From: an uncultured Alphaproteobacteria bacterium
GTDB lineage: Bacteria > Pseudomonadota > Alphaproteobacteria > Rickettsiales > UBA1997
Reading direction: 5' to 3'
Assembly: GCA_903927415.1 (NCBI GenBank)
Contig: CAIYMZ010000119.1
Coordinates: 1 to 40,688 of the forward strand
DNA: 40,688 nucleotides
Below, one piece after another: positions 17,052 through 25,401 of this stretch; the first letter of the stretch is position 1, and each line of letters starts with the position of its first letter. The notes beneath the pieces were generated by a model, which was not told where the DNA came from, did no database searches, and was given only the letters and a program-made list of their open reading frames with translations. A program made the translations under genes and the position numbers.

Positions 17052-18335
17052 ATGTCCAAAAAATCTTACAAAAAAACACACATCGAAAAGCACAAATTAC
17101 ATCCCGAAACGCAAATGATGTCCTACGGCTACGATCCCTTCATGTCAGAGGGCGCGGTGAAGCCTCCGGTTTTTTTGACTTCGACTTTTGCTTTTAAAAC
17201 AGCCGAAGACGGCGCCGAATTTTTTGACGTTGCTAGTGGCAGAAAACCAACTCCGAAAGGCAGCGTCGGCGGTTTGATCTACAGCCGCTTCAATCACCCC
17301 AATCTCGAAATCATTGAAGATCGTATTGCGCTTTTGGAAGGCGGCGAAATGTGCAATGTTTTTTCCAGCGGAATGGCGGCGATTAGTGCGATTTTTTTGG
17401 CCTTACTCAAGCCGAAAGATGTGCTCGTGCATTCCTTCCCGATCTATGGCGGCACTGAGTCCATCATCCACAAAGCGCTAAAAAATTGGGATGTTAATTC
17501 CGTCGAATTTAGTGACGGGCTCGAACAAAATTCGATTGAAATCGCGCTCGAAAAAGCAGCAAAAATTGGTCACGTTGGAATGTTATTCATCGAAACTCCC
17601 GCCAATCCCACCAACGCCTTAACCGACTTTTCCAAAGTAAAAAACGCCGTCGACAAGTTTGAAAAAAAACACGGCTACCGCGTCGTCACCGCTTGCGACA
17701 ACACTTTGCTTGGTCCCATTTTTCAAAAACCACTGGCGCACGGAATTGATTTGAGTTGCTACTCGCTGACGAAATATGTCGGCGGCCATTCTGATCTCGT
17801 CGCCGGCGCTGTAATCGGCAAAAAAGAATTAATGGACAAAGTGCGCGGAATCAGGAATGCCTTCGGTTCGCAGCTCGATCCTCATTCATCTTGGATGATC
17901 GGCCGCTCGCTTGAAACTTTATTTTTGCGCATGAAACGCGCCGAAGAATCAGCGCTCGAAATCACCGCTTGGATGAAAAAAACTTTTCCAAAAACAAAAA
18001 TTTTTCACCCGAAATACATCGTAAACAAAGAATATCAAAACACCTTCAAGCGGCAATGCACGGGCTATGGCAGCACTTTCGCTTTTGAAATTGAGGGCGG
18101 CAGAAAAAAAGCATTTAAGCTGATTAACGCGCTGACGATTTTTAAATCTGCGGTGAGTTTGGGCGGAACTGAATCGCTGGTTTGTCATCCGGCTTCAACG
18201 ACTCACTCGGGCATTCCAGAAAATTTGCGCAAAGAATTTGGGATTTCGGAGGGGTTAATTCGACTGTCGATTGGAATAGAAAATCCGAAAGATTTGATCG
18301 CGGATTTAAACGCTGCGTTTACTCGTATTTTCTAA
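17052..18335 (+). CDS. Cys/Met-metabolism PLP-dependent enzyme (cystathionine gamma-synthase / methionine gamma-lyase family)
   Basis: [19 protein letters not shown]-lysine motif plus YSRFNHPN and GGTESL motifs. The start at MSKKSYKK (17052) is preferred over the ORF start at 16992, which lies inside repeat-derived sequence. Confidence 0.85.
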   Translation: MSKKSYKKTHIEKHKLHPETQMMSYGYDPFMSEGAVKPPVFLTSTFAFKTAEDGAEFFDVASGRKPTPKGSVGGLIYSRFNHPNLEIIEDRIALLEGGEMCNVFSSGMAAISAIFLALLKPKDVLVHSFPIYGGTESIIHKALKNWDVNSVEFSDGLEQNSIEIALEKAAKIGHVGMLFIETPANPTNALTDFSKVKNAVDKFEKKHGYRVVTACDNTLLGPIFQKPLAHGIDLSCYSLTKYVGGHSDLVAGAVIGKKELMDKVRGIRNAFGSQLDPHSSWMIGRSLETLFLRMKRAEESALEITAWMKKTFPKTKIFHPKYIVNKEYQNTFKRQCTGYGSTFAFEIEGGRKKAFKLINALTIFKSAVSLGGTESLVCHPASTTHSGIPENLRKEFGISEGLIRLSIGIENPKDLIADLNAAFTRIF

Positions 18336-18738
18336 AAAGCTGCGAGGGATCTTTGAAGGCTTTGAACTCAAGCGCATTGCCGCTCGGATCGAGAAAAAAC
18401 ATTGTCGCTTGCTCGCCGATTTTTCCTTGGAAACGGATGTAAGGCTCGATCACAAATTTGATTTTCGCCGCGCGTAATTTTTCGGCGAATTCGTGCCAGT
18501 GATTCCATTCGAGCACGACGCCGAAATGCGGAACTGGAACTTCTTTCCCGTCCACTTCATTCGCAATCACTTCACTTTTTTGCGGACGAAGATGAGTGAC
18601 GAATTGATGCCCAAAAAAATTCCAGTCGATCCATTGCTCATTTGAACGACCTTCTTCGAGTCCAAGAAATTCGCCGTAGAATTGGCGAGCGGATTTTAGA
18701 TCATTAACGGGAACCGCGAGGTGGAAGGGCTGGAGCAT
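18319..18738 (-). CDS. VOC (glyoxalase/bleomycin-resistance/dioxygenase) family protein
   Basis: 139 aa starting [13 protein letters not shown]...LG, with paired beta-alpha-beta-beta-beta style motifs. Its start overlaps the RidA stop (TAATG). Confidence 0.7.
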   Translation of the reverse strand: MLQPFHLAVPVNDLKSARQFYGEFLGLEEGRSNEQWIDWNFFGHQFVTHLRPQKSEVIANEVDGKEVPVPHFGVVLEWNHWHEFAEKLRAAKIKFVIEPYIRFQGKIGEQATMFFLDPSGNALEFKAFKDPSQLFRKYE

Positions 18739-19202
18739 TATTTTATCTCAAAAATCGCATCAACTTCAACGGAAACGCCGAAAGGAAGTGAGCCTGATCC
18801 GACTGCTGCCCGCGCGTGTTTTCCAGCGTCGCCAAAAACCTCGGCGATTAAATCGGAAGCGCCATTGGCAACTGCGGGATGATCTTTAAAATTGGCGTCG
18901 CCATTCACAAAAATTCCGAGTTTGATGCAGCGAGTCACGCGATCCAAATTTCCGTCGCAGGCGACTTTGAGTTGGGCGAGGATGTTGATGGCGCAAAGTC
19001 TGGCGGCCTTCTTTGCGTCATCGGCGGAAATTTCTGATCCGACTTTTCCGATGAATTGGAGTTTGCCTGATTCAAGCGGAAGCTGGCCGGAGATGAAAAC
19101 GACATTGCCGGATTTTACGAAGCCGACATAGTTGGCGACAGGCGCGGCTGGGGTTGGGAGGGTGATTCCGAGGGTGGTTAGTTTCGATTCGTAGTTGGAC
19201 AT
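18738..19202 (-). CDS. RidA/YjgF family reactive-intermediate deaminase
   Basis: The 154-aa version starts at MSNYESK (19202). GQLP, ARAAVGV-type and VEVDAIF C-terminal motifs are present. The 24 extra N-terminal codons of the ORF track are translated family A repeat. Confidence 0.85.
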   Translation of the reverse strand: MSNYESKLTTLGITLPTPAAPVANYVGFVKSGNVVFISGQLPLESGKLQFIGKVGSEISADDAKKAARLCAINILAQLKVACDGNLDRVTRCIKLGIFVNGDANFKDHPAVANGASDLIAEVFGDAGKHARAAVGSGSLPFGVSVEVDAIFEIK

Positions 19203-19232
19203 TTTTTCTCCGTTTTTAAGTTTTGAGTAAAT

Positions 19233-19394
19233 GGACCCCGCAACAAGTGCGGGGTGACACCCTACGTGCAACAAGTGCGGGGTGACACCCTACGTGCAAC
19301 AAGTGCGGGGTGACACCCTACGTGCAACAAGTGCGGGGTGACAAAGCCGAAAGATTTTTTTCAGATTTGTCACCCCGCACTTGTTGCGGGGTCC
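19233..19394. repeat. Family A palindromic element, intergenic copy with 28-bp tandem array
   Basis: It has the same termini as the purK copy. The interior is 4x caacaagtgcggggtgac spaced by 3x accctacgtg, then a 26-nt AT-rich loop and a single inverted terminal unit. Confidence 0.95.
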
Positions 19395-19399
19395 AGAAT

Positions 19400-20398
19400 T
19401 TATTTGCCCGAAATCCCTAGTTTTTCAAACAATTTCCGATCCCGCTCCATCTCTGGATTGCCCGTAGTCAGTAATTTTTCGCCGTAAAAAATGGAATTGG
19501 CTCCGGCCAAGAAACACAAGGCTTGCGTCTGTTCGCTCATCTCCTCTCTTCCCGCCGACAAGCGCACAACGGATTGCGGCATCATGATTCGCGCCACCGC
19601 AATCGTACGAATAAATTCAAATTGATCGAGCGGCTCAACATTTTCGAGCGGCGTGCCTTTGACTTTGACCAACATGTTGATCGGAACTGACTGCGGATGT
19701 TTCGGCAAATTTGCGAGCACGATTAACATTTTGGCGCGGTCGATTCGCATTTCGCCCATTCCGACAATTCCGCCCGAACACACGTTCAGCCCAGCTTCGC
19801 GGACATTTTTTAGCGTGTTCAAACGATCTTCAAAATTTCTGGTAGAAATAATTTCGGAGTAAAATTCCGGCGAGGAGTCGATGTTGTGGTTGTAATAATC
19901 GAGCCCCGCATGTTTGAGGCGCTTGCTTTGCGAGTCGGTCAACATTCCGAGAGTCATGCAGGTTTCGAGGCCGCATTTTTTTACCGCGTCAACGATTTCA
20001 CAAACTTTCTCAACATCGCGCTCATTTAAATTTCTCCAAGCCGCACCCATGCAAAACCTTGAAGCGCCTGCTTTTTTAGCCTCATTTGCCGCATCCAAAA
20101 TTTTAGAAATTTCCAGCAAAGATTCTTTTTCGAGGCCAGTGTTGTAATGCGCGGATTGTGGGCAATATTTGCAATTCTCCGGACAAGAACCTGTTTTGAT
20201 GCTTAGAAGCGTGCTGATCTGCACGGCATTGGGATTGTGATTGGCGCGATGAATTTCGGCGGCTTTGAAAATGAGATCAGAAAAAGGCAGGGCGAAAAGT
20301 TGGAGAATTTCTTCGACAATGAAATCGTGGCGGAGATTAGGCGTAAGGCGGTAGGCGGTAGGCGATAGATGGTTGGTGGTTTCGTGAATTTCTTTCAT
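19400..20398 (-). CDS. bioB: Biotin synthase
   Basis: Radical-SAM [11 protein letters not shown] cluster motif and BioB motifs ([20 protein letters not shown]). The start at MKEIHE (20398) lies just after the stop of the upstream gene. Confidence 0.93.
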   Translation of the reverse strand: MKEIHETTNHLSPTAYRLTPNLRHDFIVEEILQLFALPFSDLIFKAAEIHRANHNPNAVQISTLLSIKTGSCPENCKYCPQSAHYNTGLEKESLLEISKILDAANEAKKAGASRFCMGAAWRNLNERDVEKVCEIVDAVKKCGLETCMTLGMLTDSQSKRLKHAGLDYYNHNIDSSPEFYSEIISTRNFEDRLNTLKNVREAGLNVCSGGIVGMGEMRIDRAKMLIVLANLPKHPQSVPINMLVKVKGTPLENVEPLDQFEFIRTIAVARIMMPQSVVRLSAGREEMSEQTQALCFLAGANSIFYGEKLLTTGNPEMERDRKLFEKLGISGK

Positions 20399-20399
20399 T

Positions 20400-21443
20400 T
20401 TATTTCCAAATAATGAGACATTTGAACAGCTCGCCCATTTGATCGGGGGCAATTAAACGGTCAATGGCAGAATTCTCCGACGGTGGTAAAATTTTTCTTC
20501 GCTCTTCGATACCGAGCGAAATTAAAAATTCGCGCTGGGTGATAAGCGAAGAATTTAATCCAAAATTTTTGGCAATTTTTTCGAGGGCGGAGAAATCGAC
20601 GTGGGCAGTGATGTCGCAATTTTTTTCAAAGATCGAAACTTTTTGATATTTTTTTACCGCTTGCAATGTGTTGGCAAACTCAGTTTTGGCGTAACCGTAA
20701 TCAAAATTAATTGCGATTCCGCCGTGATTTTTCAAGGCTTCGCAGAGTTGTGACATAAAATTTTTTGCGGCGGAGCTGTGTTCGAAAACAGCGCCGAAAG
20801 GCACATTTTCTTTTACTTCACTTTCAACAAATTGGTGAATTTCTGGATTGAAATTCGCAGTGACGAATTTGCCGGAATCAATCAAACGCTCGCACCAACC
20901 GATGTCGGTTTTGACGAATTGGTCGATGGGGAAGCAGTCGAAGAGTTCGTTGGAGATGAAAAAAAGTTGTCGGTTGTCGGTTATCGGCTGCCTGACAAAC
21001 TCCCTAGCGCTGGACGGGGTTACAAACCCCGTCTTGCTTAAATCTTCAGACAAAAATCCATCAAAATTTTCATGCCAATTCACCGCAAAATCTTTCAACT
21101 TTTCCCGCTGAATTTTTTTTAACACTTCGTTGATTTCAATAATGTGAAACGTTGTGCGCTCAAGAAAATCAATCGCTTGCGGATTTTTTTTCTCCGCTAA
21201 TTTTTTTACCGCGGATAAAATATCGAAAAATAAAGTTCCCTTTCCCGCGCCCATTTCGACGAGGGAGATTTTAGATTTTTTTGTCGAAGAAATTTGCAAA
21301 ATATACGCCGCGATCAATTCACCAAAAACCTGAGAAATTTCCGGAGCGGTAATAAAATCATCGAGAGGATTGCGAGTGCGATAATAGCCAGAGGCTGGAT
21401 GGAAGAGGGCGTGAGAGGTGAAGTGGGAGATTTTCATATTCAA
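20400..21443 (-). CDS. Class I SAM-dependent methyltransferase, MidA/NDUFAF7 (DUF185) family
   Basis: 347 aa with [16 protein letters not shown] and [11 protein letters not shown] motifs and SNELFDCFP. Confidence 0.8.
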   Translation of the reverse strand: MNMKISHFTSHALFHPASGYYRTRNPLDDFITAPEISQVFGELIAAYILQISSTKKSKISLVEMGAGKGTLFFDILSAVKKLAEKKNPQAIDFLERTTFHIIEINEVLKKIQREKLKDFAVNWHENFDGFLSEDLSKTGFVTPSSAREFVRQPITDNRQLFFISNELFDCFPIDQFVKTDIGWCERLIDSGKFVTANFNPEIHQFVESEVKENVPFGAVFEHSSAAKNFMSQLCEALKNHGGIAINFDYGYAKTEFANTLQAVKKYQKVSIFEKNCDITAHVDFSALEKIAKNFGLNSSLITQREFLISLGIEERRKILPPSENSAIDRLIAPDQMGELFKCLIIWK

Positions 21444-21445
21444 TT

Positions 21446-21524
21446 ATTTCGTCATTGCGAGCGCAGCGAGGCAATCCAGAAATGCGCCACCTGGATTGCT
21501 TCGCTGCGCTCGCAATGACGAAAT
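21446..21524. repeat. Intergenic palindromic element (gtcattgcgagcgcagcgaggcaatccag family)
   Basis: atttcgtcattgcgagcgcagcgaggcaatccag and its inverted copy ctggattgcttcgctgcgctcgcaatgacgaaat flank an 11-nt centre. Confidence 0.9.
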
Positions 21525-21543
21525 AAAGTGGAGCAGATAAAAT

Positions 21544-22242
21544 TCACGGCCGCCAATTTAAAAAGTTTTTGAGTAATTTTAATCCCGCCTCGCCACTTTT
21601 CTCGGGATGAAATTGCGCACCGAAAATATTTTCCTTCGCCACAATCGCGGTGAGTTTTTCGCCATATTCTACTTGGGCTAAAACATTATTTTCATTTTGA
21701 CAGATGAAGTGAAAAGAGTTGGCAAAGTAAAAATGTTCGCCGTCTTTGATGTCTTTTAAAACCGCATGTTTATTGGGCTTCACGATGATGTTATTCCAAC
21801 CCATATGCGGGATTTTTAACTTAAAACCACCTCCCATCCCCCTAGATAGGGGGAGGTCACGCTGCGCTGCGCTGCGCGATGACATTTGTTCTGAATTAGC
21901 TCCGATTTTTTCGACATGGCCATTGATAAAACAAAGCCCCTGATGCTCACCATTTTCATATCCCACCGACGCCAAAACTTGCATGCCAACACAAATTCCG
22001 AGGAAAGGTTTTTTCTCGGTTAAAACTTGTTTTCTTAATTCTGGCAGCAGCCCTTCAATTGATTTTAAGCCTTCAACACAATCACCGAAAGCACCTACTC
22101 CTGGAAGGATTAAATGATTTGCAGATTTGAGATCAGCGGGATTATTTGAGACCAAAATTTCATCATCCCCTTTGAGCAAAAACAGGGCATTTAAAACAGA
22201 TTCAACATTGCCCGCACCGTAATCGATAACGACTATTTTCAT
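21544..22242 (-). CDS. hisH: Imidazole glycerol phosphate synthase glutamine amidotransferase subunit with in-frame repeat insertion
   Basis: Motifs MKIVVIDYGAGN, LPGVGAFG, GICVGMQ (catalytic Cys), PHMGWN, QFHPEKS. Confidence 0.9.
   Translation of the reverse strand: MKIVVIDYGAGNVESVLNALFLLKGDDEILVSNNPADLKSANHLILPGVGAFGDCVEGLKSIEGLLPELRKQVLTEKKPFLGICVGMQVLASVGYENGEHQGLCFINGHVEKIGANSEQMSSRSAAQRDLPLSRGMGGGFKLKIPHMGWNNIIVKPNKHAVLKDIKDGEHFYFANSFHFICQNENNVLAQVEYGEKLTAIVAKENIFGAQFHPEKSGEAGLKLLKNFLNWRP
21825..21883 (-). repeat. Family B double-hairpin element inside hisH
   Basis: The reverse complement gtcatcgcgcagcgcagcgcagcgtgacctccccctatctagggggatgggaggtggtt aligns with the rlmE copy. Confidence 0.85.
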
Positions 22243-22694
22243 GCGTGGCGCGGTTTTAATTTCATCATTTTGCGGTGAAGTTTTGGATTCAGAATTGAGT
22301 CGTCAAAATCGTCTGCACTCAGCTTTTGATCGGCTTCAAGATTTTTAATAAAACGCAATTTAGCGCTGGCACAATCATCGCCAAAAACCAATCCAACAAA
22401 TTCATAATTTTTCTTCTTGAGATGCTCGCAGAGCCAGTAATTGGCGTTGAGCGCAATGATGAAGATGAAAGCGATTTCTAGAGAAATTTTGTCGAAATCG
22501 GAAGAAATTTTACTAAAAGAAACGAAGGCAACATTGATCAACAGGATCATCAAAAACTCTTTCCACATCTTGTAGTAAAGAAACCACAGCCCGCTAAAAA
22601 AAAATGCTGCCCAAGAAAATCCTTCCTTGAGCAGCACAACGTCTTCGATTTTTCCGGCGGAATTTTTTTTAATTAAGGCGTTGAAAATTTTCAT
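22239..22694 (-). CDS. DUF2628-type small membrane protein
   Basis: 151 aa. VVLLKEGFSWAAFFFSGLWFLYYKMW resembles the DUF2628 core as I remember it from alphaproteobacterial his loci. Confidence 0.6.
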   Translation of the reverse strand: MKIFNALIKKNSAGKIEDVVLLKEGFSWAAFFFSGLWFLYYKMWKEFLMILLINVAFVSFSKISSDFDKISLEIAFIFIIALNANYWLCEHLKKKNYEFVGLVFGDDCASAKLRFIKNLEADQKLSADDFDDSILNPKLHRKMMKLKPRHA

Positions 22695-23053
22695 TACGCT
22701 TTCAAGGCAGCTTTAACTTTTTCAACAATCTTCGCAAAAGTTTCCGGCTCTCTTGTCGCAAGGTCGGAGAGGACTTTGCGATCGAGATCAATATGCGCAG
22801 CTTTTAAACCGCTGATAAATTTTGAATAGATCAAGCCATGCTCGCGAACTGCGGCATTGATGCGCTGAATCCACAATGCACGAAAATCACGTTTTTTAAC
22901 ACGACGATCGCGATAGGCGTAGCGCAACGCTTTTTCAACTTTTTGGATGGCAACGCGGAAGCAATTTTTTGCACGGCCACGATAGCCTTTTGCCATTTTT
23001 AGAATTTTTTTGTGGCGAGCTTTTTTAGTAACGCCTCTTTTTACACGACTCAT
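22694..23053 (-). CDS. rplT: 50S ribosomal protein L20
   Basis: 119 aa starting [27 protein letters not shown]. Confidence 0.97.
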   Translation of the reverse strand: MSRVKRGVTKKARHKKILKMAKGYRGRAKNCFRVAIQKVEKALRYAYRDRRVKKRDFRALWIQRINAAVREHGLIYSKFISGLKAAHIDLDRKVLSDLATREPETFAKIVEKVKAALKA

Positions 23054-23081
23054 TTTTTTCTCCGAAAAAATTATTTTTTAA

Positions 23082-23132
23082 ATCATCCTCCCATCCTCCT
23101 TGATAAGGAGGGAGTCACGCTAACGCGATGAC
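23082..23132 (-). repeat. Family B element, intergenic copy between rpmI and rplT
   Basis: The reverse complement gtcatcgcgttagcgtgactccctccttatcaaggaggatgggaggatgat aligns with the rlmE and hisH copies. Confidence 0.8.
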
Positions 23133-23180
23133 GGGTGACTCGAAATTTGGTTCGAGATGGGGATGTTGAACTGAATTGAA

Positions 23181-23384
23181 TTAACGATTATAAGGCATTT
23201 TATGCTTTAAAATGCTAGCCGCATGACCTTCAGAAAGAACCGCACTTTTGCGCAATTTGCGGATTCGGCTTTGACTTTTTCTGTCAAGATTGTGCCTTTT
23301 TCCGGCTTGTTTATGGACGATCTTCCCCGTCCCAGTAACCTTGAATCGCTTCTTGGCGCTACTGTTTGTTTTCATTTTCGGCAT
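23181..23384 (-). CDS. rpmI: 50S ribosomal protein L35
   Basis: 67 aa starting MPKMKTNSSAKKRFKVTGTGKI; upstream of rplT. Confidence 0.95.
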   Translation of the reverse strand: MPKMKTNSSAKKRFKVTGTGKIVHKQAGKRHNLDRKSQSRIRKLRKSAVLSEGHAASILKHKMPYNR

Positions 23385-23626
23385 ATCATTTTTTAATTAA
23401 GATTGATGAGCAGATCGGAAGGTAGAAAGCCTGAACCTAAAGACCAGATGCCACAGATTTCGTGAGAAATCGCAGCGAAAATCCGACTAGACGAAGGATT
23501 AAAAGCGAGATTGAAAAGTCCGCCGTCGCTAAAGCTATGGCGGACAGACCTTAGCTCTAACGATCTCCGCCTGACAGTCCCGCCCTTTGGGCTGGCCTGC
23601 CGGCCGAAGCTCGCAAGAGCGAAGGC

Positions 23627-23703
23627 TGGTGGGATCAGTAGGACTCGAACCTACGACCAAGACGTTATGAGCATCCTGCTCTAACCAACTGAGCTATGAT
23701 CCC
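23627..23703 (-). tRNA. tRNA with CAT anticodon (elongator Met or lysidine-modified Ile2), CCA encoded
   Basis: The reverse complement folds by hand into a cloverleaf: GGGATCA TA GCTC AGTTGGTTA GAGC A GGATG CTCATAA CGTCT TGGTC GTAGG TTCGAGT CCTAC TGATCCC A CCA. The G1-C72 pair excludes an initiator tRNA. Confidence 0.9.
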
Positions 23704-23886
23704 GTAAAAAAATTCCATCTGAGCAAGCTCAGTTAGTTAGCAAAAAAATTATTTCTTGTCGCGCTACGCGTCGACGGGAACTGAGCTATGATCCCGTAAA
23801 CAAATTCCATCCGAGCAAGCTCAGTTGGTGGTTAAGATTTTATTTCTTGTCGCGCTACGCGTCGACTGGAACTGAGCTATGATCCC
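23687..23886. repeat. About 91-bp tandem repeat (2.2 copies) that includes the first 17 nt of the tRNA gene
   Basis: aactgagctatgatccc occurs at 23687, 23779 and 23870. The sequences between them are about 85-90 percent identical by eye (..gtaaa.aaattccatc.gagcaagctcagtt....tatttcttgtcgcgctacgcgtcgac.gg). Confidence 0.9.
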
Positions 23887-23964
23887 AAAGTGCAGAAATT
23901 CCTTTTGAGCCGCAGCCCAAAAGGGCGGCGCAACTTATTTGCGGCTTAGCTTTTTGCAAGAGAA

Positions 23965-24516
23965 TTATCCCTTCACCTTCGCAACCCCAACCAGCGCCGG
24001 ACGAATCAAGCGATCAGCGATTGAATATCCCGCTTGCACAACTTGCACCACCAACCCTTCTTCCGCCTCGCTTTCAACTTGTGCAATGGCTTCGTGAAAA
24101 TTGTGATCGAACTTTTGGTTAAGCGGAAAAATTCTTTTCACCTGATTTTTTTCCAAAACTTTTAGCAGCTCTTTTTCCGTCATCGCGATTGCATCGGCGT
24201 AATTTTTTATTGCCGGATTTTTTTCGATTTCAGCTTTCGGCGCATTTTCACTGGCAAGGAAAAAATTTTCTGCGACCACAACCAAATCGCCAACAAAATT
24301 AGAAATTGCAAATTTCGCCGATTTTTCAATTTCTTCACGCGACCTTCTTCGGACATTATCCAGCTCGGCAAAACAACGTAAAATTTTATCGTTCAGTTCC
24401 GAATTTTTTTGCTCGAGTTCAGCAATTTTTTCTTCAGCAGGATTTTTTATTTCTTCCGCAATCTCTTCCCGCACCTCTTCTTGTTGCTCCAATTTATTTT
24501 CCTGATTTTCTGACAT
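23965..24516 (-). CDS. grpE: Nucleotide exchange factor GrpE
   Basis: 183 aa with an acidic coiled-coil N-terminus, a LR..AE..N.RRR motif and a C-terminal beta domain ending GY...DR.IRPA.V.V. Confidence 0.93.
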   Translation of the reverse strand: MSENQENKLEQQEEVREEIAEEIKNPAEEKIAELEQKNSELNDKILRCFAELDNVRRRSREEIEKSAKFAISNFVGDLVVVAENFFLASENAPKAEIEKNPAIKNYADAIAMTEKELLKVLEKNQVKRIFPLNQKFDHNFHEAIAQVESEAEEGLVVQVVQAGYSIADRLIRPALVGVAKVKG

Positions 24517-24655
24517 TCTTTCCTCATTTTTTTAAAAAATTAAACAGATGTTCAAATTAGAAATCGCTCCCCGCGATTTCAATAGAGAGATTGCTTTCGC
24601 AAATTTTATTTTTAGTTTTCGCGCCCTTCACTTCTTCAATTCACTTCAAATCATC

Positions 24656-25291
24656 ATGTCAGATAAAATTCTCGATCAGGCCAATTACCTCGTTCCAATG
24701 GTGGTTGAGCAAACCGCTAAAGGTGAGAGATCTTTCGACATTTATTCGCGCCTTTTGAAGGAAAGAATCATTTTTTTATCCGGCCCAGTTAACGACCAAG
24801 TCTCGTCCCTCATCGTTGCGCAGCTTTTGTTCTTGGAATCGGAAGATCCAAAAAAAGATATTTATTTTTACATCAATTCGCCGGGAGGCATTGTCACCTC
24901 TGGCCTCGCGATGTATGACACCATGCAATATATCCGTCCAGACGTTGCCACGCTTTGCATCGGGCAAGCGGCTTCAATGGGCTCACTGCTTCTCACCGCT
25001 GGCGCGCCGAAAAAAAGATTTTGCCTGCCAAACTCGCGCATCATGATCCACCAACCCTCCGGCGGATATCAAGGCCAAGCAACTGACATCGAAATTCACG
25101 CCCAAGAAACTCTGAGCTTGAAAAAAAGATTAAACGAAATTTACGCCAAACATACCGGCCAAAAGGTTGCGGTGATTGAAAAAGCAATGGATCGCGACAA
25201 TTTCATGTCGCCAGAAAAAGCGAAGGAATTCGGATTGATCGACGAGGTGATCGAAAAAAGGCCTGAAAAAGACGAAAAAAATAATTTTTAA
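24656..25291 (+). CDS. clpP: ATP-dependent Clp protease proteolytic subunit
   Basis: Starts at [20 protein letters not shown]. Catalytic Ser lies in [11 protein letters not shown] and catalytic His in IMIHQPSGG. The 36 upstream codons of the ORF track look non-coding. Confidence 0.95.
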   Translation: MSDKILDQANYLVPMVVEQTAKGERSFDIYSRLLKERIIFLSGPVNDQVSSLIVAQLLFLESEDPKKDIYFYINSPGGIVTSGLAMYDTMQYIRPDVATLCIGQAASMGSLLLTAGAPKKRFCLPNSRIMIHQPSGGYQGQATDIEIHAQETLSLKKRLNEIYAKHTGQKVAVIEKAMDRDNFMSPEKAKEFGLIDEVIEKRPEKDEKNNF

Positions 25292-25308
25292 CCCCACGTT
25301 ATTGGGGT
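25291..25308 (+). terminator. Hairpin/attenuator between clpP and clpX
   Basis: acccca cgttat tggggt forms a 6-bp stem right after the clpP stop, followed by taatttta. The U-tract is weak. Confidence 0.35.
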
Positions 25309-25401
25309 AATTTTAATAAAACATCGTTGCGGATGTGGCGATTCACTCGCCGCGAAGCAACTCAACTTTACTAAATTTGCGAAGCAAATTTAAACCAAAT
25401 C

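Noticed and set aside
19233-19394. Regularly spaced 18-nt repeats with a 28-bp period that resemble a mini CRISPR array.
   Set aside because: The 10-nt spacers are all identical (accctacgtg), so this is a plain tandem repeat. No cas genes are present, and the block is bounded by the inverted termini of the family A palindromic element.
23400-23626. Possible SRP RNA (atcGGAAggt...agc), RNase P RNA (gaaaagtccgcc, reminiscent of GGAAAGUCCGG) or two-piece tmRNA.
   Set aside because: Only short partial motif resemblances were found. The length and flanks do not fit RNase P. No tag reading frame ends in a typical ..AA. The SRP symmetric-loop motifs are not reproduced. It is kept only as an unassigned structured spacer.
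24517-24655. Heat-shock (sigma-32) promoter or CIRCE operator in the divergent grpE/clpP spacer.
   Set aside because: cccttcacttcttcaattcacttcaaat resembles the -35 CCCTTGAA only loosely, no convincing -10 CCCCATNT-like element sits at the right spacing, and there is no CIRCE inverted repeat.
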